The translations under genes were made by a program, and so were the position numbers. 64,000 nt of DNA from Blepharisma stoltei ATCC 30299. Lineage: Eukaryota > Protista > Ciliophora. Location: the NCBI GenBank assembly GCA_965603825.1, contig CBFDEM010000013.1, positions 248,001 to 312,000 of the forward strand. Reading direction: 5' to 3'. Positions 27,752 through 41,330 of the stretch are shown in pieces. A model generated the notes under the pieces. The model made no database searches. It was given only the letters and a program-made list of their open reading frames with translations, and was not told the origin of the DNA. The first letter of the stretch is position 1. Each line of letters starts with the position of its first letter.

Positions 27752-28696
27752 ATGGATAAAGAAAACTTGAATTCCGCCAAAATTGGATCGCAAGCTTTTA
27801 AGCCAACTGCAGCCTTCTCTAATAAAAATTCGCCAATTAAAGCTCAAGCAAGCTCCACTAACGCAATTTTACTAGCTCAAAACCAAAACATCCCTAAAAC
27901 TTTTGAACCCAAATCAGACCAAAAAATGACCTCTCTATTGGAATCTGCTAGTAAAGAAGGCTCCTATACTTCTTTTTGCTATGAGCTATCTCCAGATGAT
28001 GACAAAACAATCATGAGCTCCGAAGATAGCATAGTTCAAAATTTAAATATATCCGATGAAACCAATCACTCATTCAGTCAAATAAATTTTAAAGATACCA
28101 AAATAAGCGTTCTTACAAGAAAACTTGCATTAGCTGAGGCTTCCTTAAAAGAATTCCAGTCCGCTCTTACAGACGCACATATTGAATGTGACAATTATGT
28201 CGAAAAATTTAATTTAGTAAATGCAGACAAAGAAGCCCTTGAAATTAATTTAGCTGCTGCAATAGAAGAAAGAGATTATCACAAAGAGAGGTCTGAATCT
28301 TTATATCAAGAATTAATGAAAGTTAAAACAAGCTTAGAAATTAGAGAAAAGCTATTCAAAATGCAAGAAAAAGAATTAAAAAAAAAGGAAAATTTAGCGG
28401 CTGAAGTTATAAAAGAAACTCAAAAAAATGAGAAAGAAAATAGCGAATTTACGGAGGATATATATAACGAGTTAATTGCTAGAGAATATATGAAAATAGA
28501 AGAGATAAGAGCAGAGTTGGAAAAAGAAAAAATTAAAAATGAATTAGTTAAAAATGAAATTAAAAAAGAGAAAAAAGATTTAGAAAAAAAGCTGCAAAAG
28601 AATGCGATGTTTGAATATAAAAAGATTCAAAATGTTTTTCTGGTGCTTATTTTTGCAATTGTGATTACATTTTTACTTACAATTATTCTAAAATAA
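27752..28696 (+). CDS. Tail-anchored coiled-coil protein, 314 aa
   Basis: Coiled coil ending in a hydrophobic helix, VFLVLIFAIVITFLLTIILK. Confidence 0.8.
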   Translation: MDKENLNSAKIGSQAFKPTAAFSNKNSPIKAQASSTNAILLAQNQNIPKTFEPKSDQKMTSLLESASKEGSYTSFCYELSPDDDKTIMSSEDSIVQNLNISDETNHSFSQINFKDTKISVLTRKLALAEASLKEFQSALTDAHIECDNYVEKFNLVNADKEALEINLAAAIEERDYHKERSESLYQELMKVKTSLEIREKLFKMQEKELKKKENLAAEVIKETQKNEKENSEFTEDIYNELIAREYMKIEEIRAELEKEKIKNELVKNEIKKEKKDLEKKLQKNAMFEYKKIQNVFLVLIFAIVITFLLTIILK

Positions 28697-28805
28697 TTGG
28701 CTTTAATAATATAAAATTAGAGATAAAATTAAATGAACATTGCAATTTAAATTATGTAAGGTTAAAGTTTTTGAATTTCAACAATGTGAAGTTTCATAAA
28801 GAAAT

Positions 28806-31304
28806 ATGTTACTAAGAAGAAAAGAAATTGAAAATTCATGAAATAAACTAGAAACAAGTTTCTCAACAAATCGAAGCCCAATCATAACAACACCAAGAGA
28901 TATGAGGCCAGTAAGCACGCAGCCTTCTAAGCGCACTAAAAACACAACTGAAAATGATATTTCTTTCACATCAAATCGCTCCAACATTGTTATCCAAACT
29001 AAAAATGAGGCATCCTTAAATGAATCAGCGCCTCTATCCTTTTCACCTAGGATTCCCAGACCAAAAAGCACACAGCCAGCTAAACGAATGAAAAACAAAC
29101 TTGAAAATGATGCCAAATTTATATCATCAAATCGATCAAATAATTTTATTCCTATTAAACTCGACTTAAATGACTCTGTTATATATTCAACACCACGACC
29201 CTTAACTGCTCTATATTCAGCTTCCCCAATCAATAAAACATTAGCTTCATTTTTACCTCAAGAAGCTGTCCAGGGGCTCACTTTAATGCAACTTCACCAA
29301 ATTTATGAAGCGAAATGCAGTGATTTAAACATTCCACTACTTTTTGACCAAGAAAAACGATTTTTCAGCTGTTGCTTTAAACATTTTATGAATAGAAAAA
29401 TTATTTTAGAAGAAACCGGAATTGGTCCGAATGCTGCCAAAGCAATTGGTGAAACTTTGAGAAATAATACTGAGTTTGCTTACTTATATTTAGGAAAAAA
29501 TTTGATGGGAGACATAGGAGTCATCGTTTTAGCTAGGCTTCTTTGTAAAAATATGTCAATCGTGCATTTGGATATTAGCAGTAATGATATTACTCCTGAA
29601 GGAGCAGCAACTGTAATTAATTTGATAGCAAACCATTGAAGCATTACCAGTTTAAATATTTCATCACACGAAGGATTGCATAGAAACCGACTTGGGGCAT
29701 ATGGTGCTGCAGCAGTTAAAAGAGCATTAACTTGTAGCAGTGTTTTAGGATTTTTAAATATCGCTGGAACATCTATTGGAACTGAAGGGTTTGAGTATAT
29801 TATAGAAGGATTAAAAAACAATAGAAGCCTTGTTTCCCTAAGCATTTCAAATAATAGTCTTGGCCCAAATTTGATGGAAAAATTTTCACAATCTATAGTA
29901 AATTCTAATTTGCAAATTTTAGATCTTTCGAGCAACCAAATAGGAAATGAAGGTTCTGAAAAAATAGGAAACATGATCATGGGTGCTTATAATGGTGCCT
30001 GCCCAGTAAAAACTTTAAATTTATCTAAAAATGATATATCAACTAGAGGAGCTTCATATATTTTTAGTTCTTTAAGAAGAAATAGCACATTGAAAACTTT
30101 GAATCTTGGAAATAACCCTATGGTTTATGGACCATCTCAACAATTTTTTGCATTTTTGACAGATAATGTATGTCTAAACTCATTAAATCTGTCAAACTGC
30201 GAGCTTAAATCAGAAGGAATTCATATGTTTGCAGAAGGATTGGCTAAAAATCAAGCATTAAAAGCCTTAATACTCAGCGGAAATGAAATTAATGACCAAG
30301 GCACTGAATCAATTTCTTATGGAATAGCTAGAAATACAAATTTAAAATTCTTAGATTTGAGTAGCAATAAATTAAAAAATAAATCAGGCATTGCCCTAGC
30401 TCAAGCCCTAAAATTGAACCAAACCCTATCCGAACTAAATTTACGAGAAAATAATTTAAAAGATGAAGCAGGACAAATATTAAATGAAGTTTCTAGATAT
30501 AACACAAAAATTTCGCATCTTAACTTAGACCTCAACCCTATAAGCTTCAAATATTTAAATGATATCAAGCTTAACCTGAAGCGCAATCAAGAACTAGGAA
30601 GGAAAAAAATTGTCCCAAAGCTGAAAAAAGAAATAGAAACTATGCTAATGGCTGATGAAACATTGGAAAACGTCCAATGAAAAATCAGAGCAAAAAAAAA
30701 AGAATATGAAGAATGAGAAGAAAAATATGAACAGAAAAATGCCAGATTAGAAGAAATTAGGATAGAAGAAACTGTAAAATACGAAGAAGTGAAGGATGAG
30801 CTGCAAGCTTTAAGAGATATTAATTATCAAATCAGTGAAAATTTAAATAAAATAGCAGGAGAAACTCATACAGAGAAAATTAAAAGTGAAAAAGAAATTA
30901 GCAATTGAGGAGAAAAGATTTTTAAAGTGACCGATGAAATAAAAAAATTTGAAAAACAAAGTAAAAATAATTTAGGACAAAATTTAAAAGAAGAAGCTAT
31001 GTTCAGGCATGGAAAAGTTTATGAGTCTTTAGGAAAGTTTAGAGAGCAGCTAGAGCAAGAAGAATATAAAAAAGCAAGCGCAGAAAAAAGTTTAAAGATT
31101 CTTGTAAACAGACTAGAAAGCAGTAGAAAAAACTCAAGTAGCGTAAGGAGTCCTCATAAATTGCATGAGCCGAAAACCTACTTAGCAAGCGAAAAGCTAG
31201 CATTCGAGAAAAAGGAAATGGCAAAAAGCCCTTTAAAAGAAGTAAACGAGGCAAAGCCTTCAAAATTAAAAAAACCAAGAAGTAAATCACAAAAAACTAA
31301 ATAG
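28806..31304 (+). CDS. RNI-like (28-residue) leucine-rich-repeat protein with C-terminal coiled coil, ~830 aa, 5 TGA=Trp, probable intron 30961-30975
   Basis: Repeated L..L.LS.N.I...G motifs; three track ORFs join in frame through TGA; ATG at 28806. Confidence 0.88.
28905..29210 (+). repeat. Degenerate 153-nt (51-aa) coding tandem duplication
   Basis: RPVSTQPSKRTKNTTENDISFTSNRSN at 28905 versus RPKSTQPAKRMKNKLENDAKFISSNRSN at 29058. Confidence 0.8.
30961..30975 (+). other. Probable 15-nt intron, in frame and stop-free
   Basis: gtaaaaataatttag fits the consensus (A at 10), but retention would simply add 5 aa. Confidence 0.65.
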
Positions 31305-31344
31305 TATATAGTACAAACAAATTAAATAGATTATCATATTTTTG

Positions 31345-34300
31345 TTATTTATAATACGCATTTTCTTTCACTCTTTTCAAGTAATTTCCACAATTTTCCA
31401 ATTTTTTCGAAATTCCTTCCAATCATTCTGCAAGCGTCGGATTTTTTTCCGACAGTTCTCTCACTAAAATATACATTTTATCAGATTTTGGTATAGCTGT
31501 ATATCCCTCCGACTCAAACGAAATATTTATTTTTTCTTCAATAAATCTCAGTAGAAGCTCAAATTCTTTCACTCTATTTTGGAAGCTTCTTTTATTATTT
31601 TCAATTTTTTTCTTTAATTTATTTATTTCGCCTTCCATTTTTCTAATCATTTCAAATTCTTGTCCTTGTGCTGTCGATTTTATTTTTATTTCAAGCTGAG
31701 AAATTATTTCATTTTTTTGTGATAATAGTTTTTCTAGATGATCTGTATATGCTTCTTTACTTGTAATTGAGCTACGCATAATGGATTCCTCGTGGCCGCT
31801 TCTTTCAGTTTCGCTGCGAGATCTTTGATGAAGATTTCTCTGTGTTCTGTCTTGCTCATTTGTGATTCTTTCCAAAGTTTGTCTTAACTCTATGTTTTCT
31901 TTTCGTATATATGTAAGTTCATCTTGCATTTCTTCAATTTTATGGCGATTTGAGTAAGGGATTTCTTTTTCTGGGGCGTCTCTTCTTGATCTGGATAATT
32001 CCATTGAAGATTTGAAAAACTCAAGTTGGCTGACTTCATTTTTTAAGCTTTTAAGAGTCAAATCTTGGGAATCAATTATTTCTTGAAGATTAATAATTTG
32101 GCTTTTATAATCCTTGCTTGCCCTTAAGTCTCCATAAGTAAGATCTAGATCTTCTCTACATCTTCTTAGTTCTTCATCTTTAACTTTGAGGTCAACCAAA
32201 GCTTTTTCTAATGCGCATTGAGCTCCTTCTGATTCTTTTCGAGTTCTTATGAACTGATCTTCTAGAATGTTTTTTTCTTTCATGACTTCTTGTGCATAAG
32301 AGCCTGCTTCATCAAGTTTTAACTTAAGTATGCTTATTTCTTCAGTCACTTGCGTCTTGATTCTTATCTTTTCATCTTTTTCTTTTGCAGCGATATCTTT
32401 TAAATAGCCGCATTCTTTTTCAGACTTTTCGTATTCATTTCTTAAAATCGTATTGTCAGTCTTTATTTTATTAATTTCAGCTCTGATTTCTTCATTATAA
32501 TTTTGCATATTTTTGATGGTTTGTAAAATTATTTTTGTAGGGTCACTGATTTCTTCTAGGTCTGATATTTCTCTTTGCGTCATTTCTCCGCTTACATTTA
32601 ATGATTTTGTAGCAAAAATAGAATCACTTGGGTCAAAGTCTTCTGCATTAGAAAATGATGCATTTCTTTGGTGAACTCTAACAGGAGTTTCTAAGTTCAG
32701 CTGCTTTCTTATGTGCCAAAGATCATTTTTTAATCTGACATAATCCCTTTTTATTGTATCAAGCTCTTTATAAGTCATAAGATGCTGATTTTTTTCATTT
32801 TCGAGAGAAATTTCATTTTCTTCAGCTTGAATTCTGGCAAGATTTACTCTTTCTGTCAGTTCCGCGATCTTTTGATGAGCAGAACTAAGAGTTGACGATA
32901 TAACCTGTTGACTTCTTGGTAGAGCTTCATTTAAAGTATAACTTCTAGCCTCACTCAGTTCAGAAATTAAATAATCAATAAATCCTTGCATTTCTTTTTT
33001 CAACAACTCATATTGTTCTTTTTGTTCTTCCATCTGTTGAGACTTAATGATAATAGTTTTCTTTAAATCTCCAATCATTTTTTTGAAACATACATTAGCG
33101 TTGCCCATTTCTACGAGTTTTTGTTCCATTTCTTCATTTCTCATAATCCATCTTTCTAGCTCTGACCTACATGTGCCTGTGTTTACACCTAAAAGAGCAA
33201 TTCCTCGCTCTATAATATTGGCTTCGTCAGCTATAATTTTATTTAATTGCTTTTGGAGTCTGGCTTCTCTTAGTTGGGCTTCTTCAATCTGCTGCGATAA
33301 TAGATTTGCATTGGAAGATGAAAGTGTAGTTTCAGGGTTTTGGCAATTTTCAGAACCCTTAAGAGAGTCTTTTACTGGAGATTTGCATCGGGTTGTTTTT
33401 TTAACTGAATTTTTAATCTGCATTTCTCTGAGTGGTGGCCTGTTATTGGTGACCTTATTAGCAATTTCAGAAGTCTGCAAATTATGTAAATGTCTGATGA
33501 CATTTTCTGCCTGCCTTCTCCAATGTTCTACTTCTTGATCTCTTGCAGTCTCCTTTGCTTTATTTTCCTCTACGACTAATTTTATTTCATTTTCTTTTCT
33601 GGCTAGAGCTTCTTCAAGTTCTTGTGCTTTATTGCAAGACTGATAAAACATTCCCATTCTTTCTTGGCTCATTTTTTCTATCTCAATAAATTTTTCTTCT
33701 AATTCTTCTAGCGCACCTTCCAAGTTAGTTTTCTCTGTAATAAGCTGCTGAATAGACTGATTTAGGTCATTAATCTGTAAATTTTTGCTATCATTTAAAT
33801 CACTCAGCTTAAGTTTTAAGCTATTTACTTCTTCTCTGAGCCTTTCTTCAGTTTTTTTTGATATTTCAAAATCATTAATTTTTTTTCTGCAGTCAATGTA
33901 ATCTTTTTCTCCATATCTGCTTTCTTTTTTGAGATTTGTGGTTTCTTGCTCAACTTTTCCGAGTTCTTTGGCGAGCCTTTCACATTCGTCATTTAATTTT
34001 TTTATAATTGTTTCAGCCTTATCGAGGGCATATAAGCGGGCGCTGAGTTCTTCTTCAAGTTTGAATGATTTTGATTCTTCTGCGTCTAGTCTTTTCAGCA
34101 GATCTTCATTTGTTTTTTCTAGCTCCTCTTGAAGCTCTTTAAATTCTGCAATTTCTGAAATGATTGCTTCTCTTTCGTCTCCTAAAATCTTTATTTTTCT
34201 AGACTGCTTTTGTATCTTATCATTTAAAATTTCGCAGTTTTCGCAACCTTCATCTATTACTTTTGTCGTTATTTTTTCCTGTAAATTTTTTCTTTCCCCT

Positions 34301-34848
34301 CTTAACCCTTCAAGCTCTTCTTGAAGTTTCTTGAAATCCTGATCCATCATTTTCAATCTCCTTGTCAGTCTATTAACTTTTTCACATTCTTCTTCATATT
34401 TAGAATTTTCTTTACTTTTCCCCATGCCATATTCAAATTTTTGGTTTTTCTCAATAAATCCTCTATATTGTGCTATCATAAAATTTTCCCTATCAAAGAC
34501 TGAATCTAGAGCATTTTTCATTGAAAAAATCAAATTAAAACAAATTCTTCAGGACTCATCCATCTCTTCTATATCAAGATCTTCTATATTTTCTAAACCT
34601 CCACGAGGGGATAGAAATCGAGGAGTTGATTGGCCTTCATCTCCTGTCAGGATTAAAGCTTCTTTTACAAGAGTTTCTTGGGTTTCTGCATGCTCAGTTA
34701 ATTGTTCTTCAATTTTTGAAATCTCTTGGATAAAGAGGTTGACGTTGTGGTTGTTTTCAGTTCGGAAATAGGCTTGCTTCATTCATTCTTTGACGATTTG
34801 CGTCTCTAGATCCTGAATTTTTAGTTGAAGTTCATGCCTTGATACCAT
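31345..34848 (-). CDS. Large coiled-coil protein, 1167 aa, 3 TGA=Trp
   Basis: ATG 34848; frame continuous through TGA at 34783, 34549 and 31423 to TAA at 31345. Confidence 0.85.
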
Positions 34849-35016
34849 TTTATTTAATTTGAATTAAATTGAATTACCACTCAAGCCAATTTCCATTTAA
34901 GTTTTCTCGCATTTTTAAGTTTTAAGAAAAATTCTGTAAGGTTAAATCCTAATATATATGCTGATATTTTATTTAAAAAATCTAAATAAATTATTTTTAA
35001 GGGCTTTGCAATTTAC

Positions 35017-35664
35017 TTATAAGTCCTCTTTCTTTGCTTCCTCAATTTTCTGAGAATTTTGATTATCCTCTACTTTCTCAGGCTCTGAATTTTTTTCACT
35101 TTGTGCTTCATTTTTTTCAGATTTTTCAGCAGTCGTTTCTGATCCACTTTGAGGCTCAGTCTTTGGCTTTTTAGGTGGTTTAGTAGAAGCTGGTGGTGGA
35201 GGTGGACTTTTTGGTTTTTCAGGCTCTTTATGTGTTGGAGCAGCTGCTGAGTTTATCCCATCTCCAGGAACATGCTCCCAGAAAATATCTTCACATGCCT
35301 TTGTATATTCATGACAAAAGTAACGTTCTAAATCTGCATCATTCATGGTTCTGTGAGTAAGGATCCTTTCTAATTCTTCTGCATGGTAGCCAACAAAAGC
35401 ACCGCATCCTTTTTTGAATTCAGGTGGAGGAAAATCATAAGCTGTATATGTCCACATATTGCAAATATCCTCCATAGCTGCAATTACATCTGCTTCATTA
35501 GATCTATGCCTTAATTTCTTCAAAAGCTCTCTTGTAATTCCTTGGCAAACATTGCAATAAAGTTCCCCTGATAAATATCGAGGCTTTGATTTGGCTTTGG
35601 AATCTGGATACTTTTCTTTTTTGGCAAGCACTGCAACTAAGAGTATAAGAAGCAGAAATTTCAT
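35017..35664 (-). CDS. Canopy/saposin-like (DUF3456-type) ER protein, 215 aa
   Basis: Signal peptide, six-Cys saposin pattern (C..C, C, C, C.....C), C-terminal KEDL retention-like signal. Confidence 0.8.
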   Translation of the reverse strand: MKFLLLILLVAVLAKKEKYPDSKAKSKPRYLSGELYCNVCQGITRELLKKLRHRSNEADVIAAMEDICNMWTYTAYDFPPPEFKKGCGAFVGYHAEELERILTHRTMNDADLERYFCHEYTKACEDIFWEHVPGDGINSAAAPTHKEPEKPKSPPPPPASTKPPKKPKTEPQSGSETTAEKSEKNEAQSEKNSEPEKVEDNQNSQKIEEAKKEDL

Positions 35665-35829
35665 ATTTTACACGTGGAAGTTAAATAATAAATCATAAAA
35701 TTAAGTACTGATAAATCTTAATAGAAAACTGCAAAAAAATTATTTTTTCAGCGAATTTTAAATAAAATAACAAATTTTATTAGTTAATTTAGTGTCTTAG
35801 TTGCAAGTATTTGGAAAATTGTTGCAGAA

Positions 35830-36162
35830 TTAATTATACAGCATTTTTTGAGGCTCAGTCATGGTTATTGAAGAGCTTTTAAATAAGCTTCCTTTTATTG
35901 AAATAGGAGGCGAGCTAAGGAAGGCTGACTCTATTCCACTTTGAAAGCCACTCATTGATAGGAAAGTTGATGAAAAAAACCGAAAATTTTCATCTGATTT
36001 AGTAGGATTTGTATCAGGCAGTGAGTCGTTATTTGATAAAATACTTAGTTCAACAAAACTTTCTTCATTCTTCATTTTCAGAGAATTCTTGCAAACATCT
36101 GTCCGGATTTCCATAAATGAAAGTTCTCCAGCCCGGTAGTGAGATGCTTGACAACAGCCCAT
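35830..36162 (-). CDS. Small putatively myristoylated/palmitoylated protein, 110 aa
   Basis: MGCC N-terminus followed by a Ser-rich tail. Confidence 0.65.
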   Translation of the reverse strand: MGCCQASHYRAGELSFMEIRTDVCKNSLKMKNEESFVELSILSNNDSLPDTNPTKSDENFRFFSSTFLSMSGFQSGIESAFLSSPPISIKGSLFKSSSITMTEPQKMLYN

Positions 36163-36376
36163 TATTTTGGTTATAAATTAATTACAGTCACATAAAATTG
36201 GTGAATTATGGTGAACTCATCAGATAAAATGGATTAGAAACCTACTAAATAATTTTTTCATATACAGGCTTCAATTCCTAAATAAGAATGTTTATTAATA
36301 TTTATATATTTTTTAAAAATTCCAGCTCATTACTCAGCTCTCATTATGACGAATTAGCTAAATTAAAATTAAAAAC

Positions 36377-37540
36377 ATGGCGTATTTACACGTGTTTTTA
36401 ACTCTTTTAGGATTCACACAAGCTGCTCTTTACAATTTATCGTCATCAAGTGTTCACATCCTAACAACCCAGAACTTCGATAAGCAAGTTACTAGGAGGA
36501 GAGATAAATGAGTGAGTGTTGTTCATTACTATAAAGAAAATGATGGGAGATCGGAACTTCATGCTGTAGAAATGAACCATTTTGCTGAAGACTGGCAAGG
36601 TGTTTTTATTATTGGCTCTGTTGACTGTGATAAATATTCTGAATTATGTGAAGCTCACGATATAAGAGAGTTTCCATCAATTAAAGTTTACCCACCATAC
36701 CCAGCTCCAGTTAGCCTATATGAGGGTGAAGTCACTTCTAAATCTCTTAGCGCATATGCAGCTAAATATGTCCCTTCGAACGTTATTGAAATTTCTAATG
36801 AAAATTTGCAGACTTTTCTAGACGACAAGCCAGCAGTTCCAAAAGTGATTTTATTCACAGAAAAAGCTGGAAATCCTACTCTCTTCAAAGCCCTCAGTGT
36901 ATCATTTGAATCTAAAATGTTCTTTGGGATTGCTAGAAAAGATGACGATGCTGCAGTAAAGAAATTCAAAATCAAGGATTTTCCAAAAATCATAATTTAT
37001 AAAACAGTAGACCAAAAGCATAAAGAATATTCTGGAGAAATCAAATATCGCTCAATTTTCGAATGGCTTAATGTGTATTCCGAAACTTTTGTTCATGGGG
37101 GAAACGAAGAAAGCTCCAGCACAAAATCTTGGATCATTGAAGCATTGCCTCAAATGCATAAACTTTCAGTTGATGATATTTGCTATAAACAAGAATCAAT
37201 GTGTGGGATTTTCTTTTTAGAGTCACAGCCAGATGAGCATATTATTACAATGTCAAGGGTGCTTGCCAGCAAATTTAGCAATAAAGATAGAGGAATTAGT
37301 GTCAAGTTTATGTGGCTTGATTTAAATACTGATAAAGCCTATGCAGACAAGTTTGAAGGAGTAGAAAAAGATAAGCTTGTGTTTTTGAAATATGGCAAGA
37401 GAAGCAGATTCGTCCTGCATCAAGGAGAGTTAAGTGAAGGGGGTATTGAAAAGACTTTGACCAGAATTGTGGGTGGAGATGGGAAGTTCACAAATATCAA
37501 AGGAAGCTTACCTGAGTTAGCTCCACCCAAAACTAAGTAA
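36377..37540 (+). CDS. Secretory thioredoxin-fold (PDI-like) protein lacking CXXC, 387 aa
   Basis: Signal peptide from ATG 36377, VHILTTQNFDKQV, one TGA=Trp, GSVDCD..LC....IREFPSIKVY, then further Trx-like domains. Confidence 0.8.
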
Positions 37541-37607
37541 TCAGTAAAATAATTAACGAGATTTCACAATTTTTGAGTAGAAAATTATATCGAAAAATAT
37601 AAATTAA

Positions 37608-38615
37608 TTATTCAGTGTAATCCGCAATACCACCTTCAGTAATCATATACGTTGCTTCAGCTTCAGGCAAATTCGGTGAATCGTACACTTTCATGACCCT
37701 GCTATCCCCTCTCCCTTTTCTCAAGGAAAGCCTGACAGTTGATGCATGCGCCATAATATGTCCACCAATAGGCTTTTTGGAGTCCGCTTGAAACATCGCT
37801 CCTCCATCCACCTGTGCTACGACTTGATTTGTGATTAAAACCGCAATCCCAAATTCGTCAGCCAGCCTTTGCAGATTCCTTAAAAACCTCCCAAGATGAT
37901 TTTGCCTTGCCGCAAGCTCTCCTCTTCCTGTGTAATCAGTTCTATATAGTGCAGTAGCTGAATCAACAATTAACAACGCATAATGACTTTCAGCCATTAT
38001 AGCTGCTGCTTGAATAAGCAATTGCAATTGATGATCAGAATTAAAAGCGCGGGCATAGCCTATATTATCTAATGTGGTTTGAGGGTCAAGCCCAAACCGC
38101 TTTGCAATTGATTCTATACGGTCAGGACGAAAAGTCCCTTCTGTGTCAATGTACATAACTTTGCCAGCAGCCCCTCCGTTAGAAGTTGGCAATTGCGAAG
38201 TCACTGCAAGAGTGTGGCATATTTGGGTTTTTCCTGTGCGAAATTCACCAAAAAGTTCAGTTAGCGCACCAGTTTCCAAGCCCCCGCCTAACAATTTGTC
38301 GAGTTCTGTACTGCCTGTTGTGATATAAATTAGGTTTTTACGGATCTCATATTGGTCTGAAGCGGAAATGAAACCCATTGGGTATAGCTTTCTGGCTGCT
38401 TCACTGATTTTGTCAGCTTTTGCTTCAGAAATGCCTTTCACTGCTAAAAGTACTTTTCGCGTTGAAAAGGCAATTGACTCTATAGTTTGAAAGCCTGCAT
38501 CTTGTAGTTTTGTTATGTCAGATTGGTTAATCCCGAAATCCTTTAGTCTTTGTATAGGTATTGGGCCTGATTCAATTTGCATGTTTTCTTTGTCTTCTAC
38601 ACGCTCTACCTGCAT
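37608..38615 (-). CDS. RAD51: DNA recombinase RAD51, 335 aa
   Basis: [11 protein letters not shown], Walker [56 protein letters not shown] (Rad51-type rather than Dmc1-type residues). Confidence 0.97.
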   Translation of the reverse strand: MQVERVEDKENMQIESGPIPIQRLKDFGINQSDITKLQDAGFQTIESIAFSTRKVLLAVKGISEAKADKISEAARKLYPMGFISASDQYEIRKNLIYITTGSTELDKLLGGGLETGALTELFGEFRTGKTQICHTLAVTSQLPTSNGGAAGKVMYIDTEGTFRPDRIESIAKRFGLDPQTTLDNIGYARAFNSDHQLQLLIQAAAIMAESHYALLIVDSATALYRTDYTGRGELAARQNHLGRFLRNLQRLADEFGIAVLITNQVVAQVDGGAMFQADSKKPIGGHIMAHASTVRLSLRKGRGDSRVMKVYDSPNLPEAEATYMITEGGIADYTE

Positions 38616-38888
38616 TTTAAATATATATCTAAAATATGGGAAACTTTTAATTGTCTTTAGCATTAAATATTTATGGCAGATAAAAAATCATTAATTAAAT
38701 TCAAGCACTCAAGCTATTTGATATTTATGTATTTTTTATTCTTGTGCAAGTATTTATTATAAAATATAGTAATTAATTTTTCCTTACATTAGAGTTGCAT
38801 GCTGACCTGGACATTAAAACTCATTTATTTTTATATAAAGGAGAACTCCAAGCTAGTCGTTTTATTTAAAAGGTAAATAAACTCGAAA

Positions 38889-40313
38889 ATGGACGAAGAT
38901 AAATCAGGCAAAGACAACGATGAAGCTCCTCTAATAAGCAAATCTGATTATAAAGATCCATCTTGGGACGATTATTACAAAAAAAGCTACAAAGATCTGC
39001 TTAACTCTCCAAATGACCTTTGGATGGTTCTTTTTATTAAAACTGTCGGATTTGGTGGATTTTCAATGATTTTGGTCAGTGCATCTATCTATTTATCAGA
39101 AGTCCAAGATTTTTCAGACACCACAGTTGGCTTTCTATATGGAATAGCTGGCATTTTAGCTGCAATCTATACAGTCGCACTTTCAAGTATCCCTGACAGA
39201 TTTGGAATAAAAGTTTCCATGATGATCTCAATGGGTTCTGGGTTTATAGGATTTATGATGCTTATATTTATTACTCAAAAATACATACAACTACTTATAT
39301 TAGGCACATTTGTTTTAGTCCCTCTTGTTCTCAGTCCTCCAGCAGCCAAGCTAGCAGTAAAAAAATACACATCGAGCGACGCAAGAAGCATGGGATTTTC
39401 AGTTTATATGATGGTATTTTATGGCAGCATTGCTATTTCTGCAATAGCAGTTGACATTATTCTCACTATAGGTGATGAGGATCAAGAAACTTTTAGGATT
39501 CTTTTTATCATTTCTGCAGTTTGTATGGGATTTGCATTTTTCCTAGCTTTACTATTAAGAGAATTAGATTACTCTTATAGAGGGCAAGAAATTGTGGCTG
39601 TAGATAAAAATGAAGGCTCGAACTGGGAACATTTACGGTCAATTTTGGTTTTAAAATCTTTTTGGAGACTTGTATTGCTATGTGTAACTCTGTCGTTTAT
39701 TCGGTCTGTATATAATCATCTTAATATCACTTTGCCTCTTTACATGTATAGAGACATTGAGGATGGGGCTCATTTCGGATATATCATTGCGCTTCATGAA
39801 GTACTTATGATTATTTTTATTCCTATTTTGACGATGCTGATATATGTGATGAATAATTACTCTTTGCTTGTTTTTGGGAGTTTTATTACGGCTGCAGCAC
39901 CTTTAGTACTTTTATTTGGAGCTAGTTATTTAACGGTGTGCATTTTTGTGTTTTTTGTGAGCTTAGGGGAAGCGATTCATGCGCCGAGAATAATTGATTA
40001 TACGATGGAGGTTGCTACTAAAGGACGTGAAGGAGTGTTTTTGGCAGTAGCTGCAAGTCCTTTAGCCCTAAGCTTTATTTTTACAGGTATAACAGCAGGT
40101 CCTTTACTTGAAGAATATTGCCCAGAAGATGGAGAAAGGGAGTGCTGAAAAGTCTGGCTATTTGTATCAATAATCGCGTTTGCTGCTACCCTTGTACTGC
40201 TATTTTGCCGAAAGTGGCTAGAGCAGCCATATTTTGAATCACATCCTTATATGTCTTGCTCAAAAGAGGCTAAAGAGGATAGGAAGAGTAAAGAAACCGA
40301 ACAAATTGAATAG
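38889..40313 (+). CDS. Major facilitator superfamily transporter, 474 aa
   Basis: About 12 hydrophobic helices, IPDRFGIK motif A, SLGEAIHAPR; reading TGA 40146 as Trp adds the last TM helix; TAG at 40311-40313. Confidence 0.9.
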
Positions 40314-40403
40314 AAAACGCATTTTTAATTAGTCCACATTTTATAATTTATTTAATTGCTAACCGCAAAACTACAAATCAGTTATATTAACATTTAATTT
40401 TGA

Positions 40404-41330
40404 TTAAATGTGAAGGAGATTCATATAATTCGCAAACATCGCATTTCTGATACTTCTTGTTGGTTTGATTCTTCTTATGGGATTATTTGAATATTTCCCA
40501 TAATAAATATTCTTGGGGCTATCTTTTCCAGTTTGGATATTTTGTGATGTGTCTTTTATTTCTTCAAGCACAGTTTCTAAATGATTTAATTTATCCAAAA
40601 CATGACTATCATTTATAATAGTGGAAGGTTTGTCATTAGCAGTGTTAAGCTCATCAAACAATGAAGGCATATTTTTTGAGCTTGACTCAGAAAACGACGA
40701 ATCTTTTTTCATCACAATTCTTCCTTGAAATGTGCAAGGATCACTGCATAGTTCATTCACATTTGCATTTAATCGCTTAATTTGACACTCAGTTTGTTTA
40801 GATGCATCTAAATAATACTCAATAAGATCTCTTAATTTATTGCCCACATCTAAATTTATTTCCAGGCTTTCCAAACATTTTTCAACAACTTTGCTTTGAG
40901 ATTCAAATGAGTCATGAAATAAGTTAATTTCGTCTTTTAAATCGTCAACAGCTTGCTTAAGCTTATTTGAGATACCCTTAGGTTTTTTAGATTTTATGTT
41001 TATATTGCTAATGTACTGACGCAATTGCATATTTTCCTCATTTAATTTAGATATCGTTTCACTCATAAATTTGTTTTCATCGCATGATTCTCTAAACTGG
41101 TCTGCTGATCTGCATAAAAATTACAATGTCATTTGCTCGATATATTTTTTTCGGTCTTCTACCGCTTCGTTGTATTTAAGAGAGAGTTTCTCTAATTTGT
41201 GCTTTAAGACGACAATTTCTTGTTTTAAAGGAAATTCAACTCTGCTGACTGTCTCATCTTTTCCATCATCGTAACAGGGAGACTCTTTTGGAGAAGGGAT
41301 TGTCAGGCGACGCTCGTTCCGACGAAACAT
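40404..41330 (-). CDS. Hypothetical coiled-coil protein, ~303 aa, one intron (41110-41124); alternative ATG at 41357
   Basis: Splicing gtaatttttatgcag joins the two track ORFs in frame. Confidence 0.8.
41110..41124 (-). other. 15-nt spliceosomal intron
   Basis: gtaatttttatgcag; retention gives an in-frame TAA. Confidence 0.9.
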
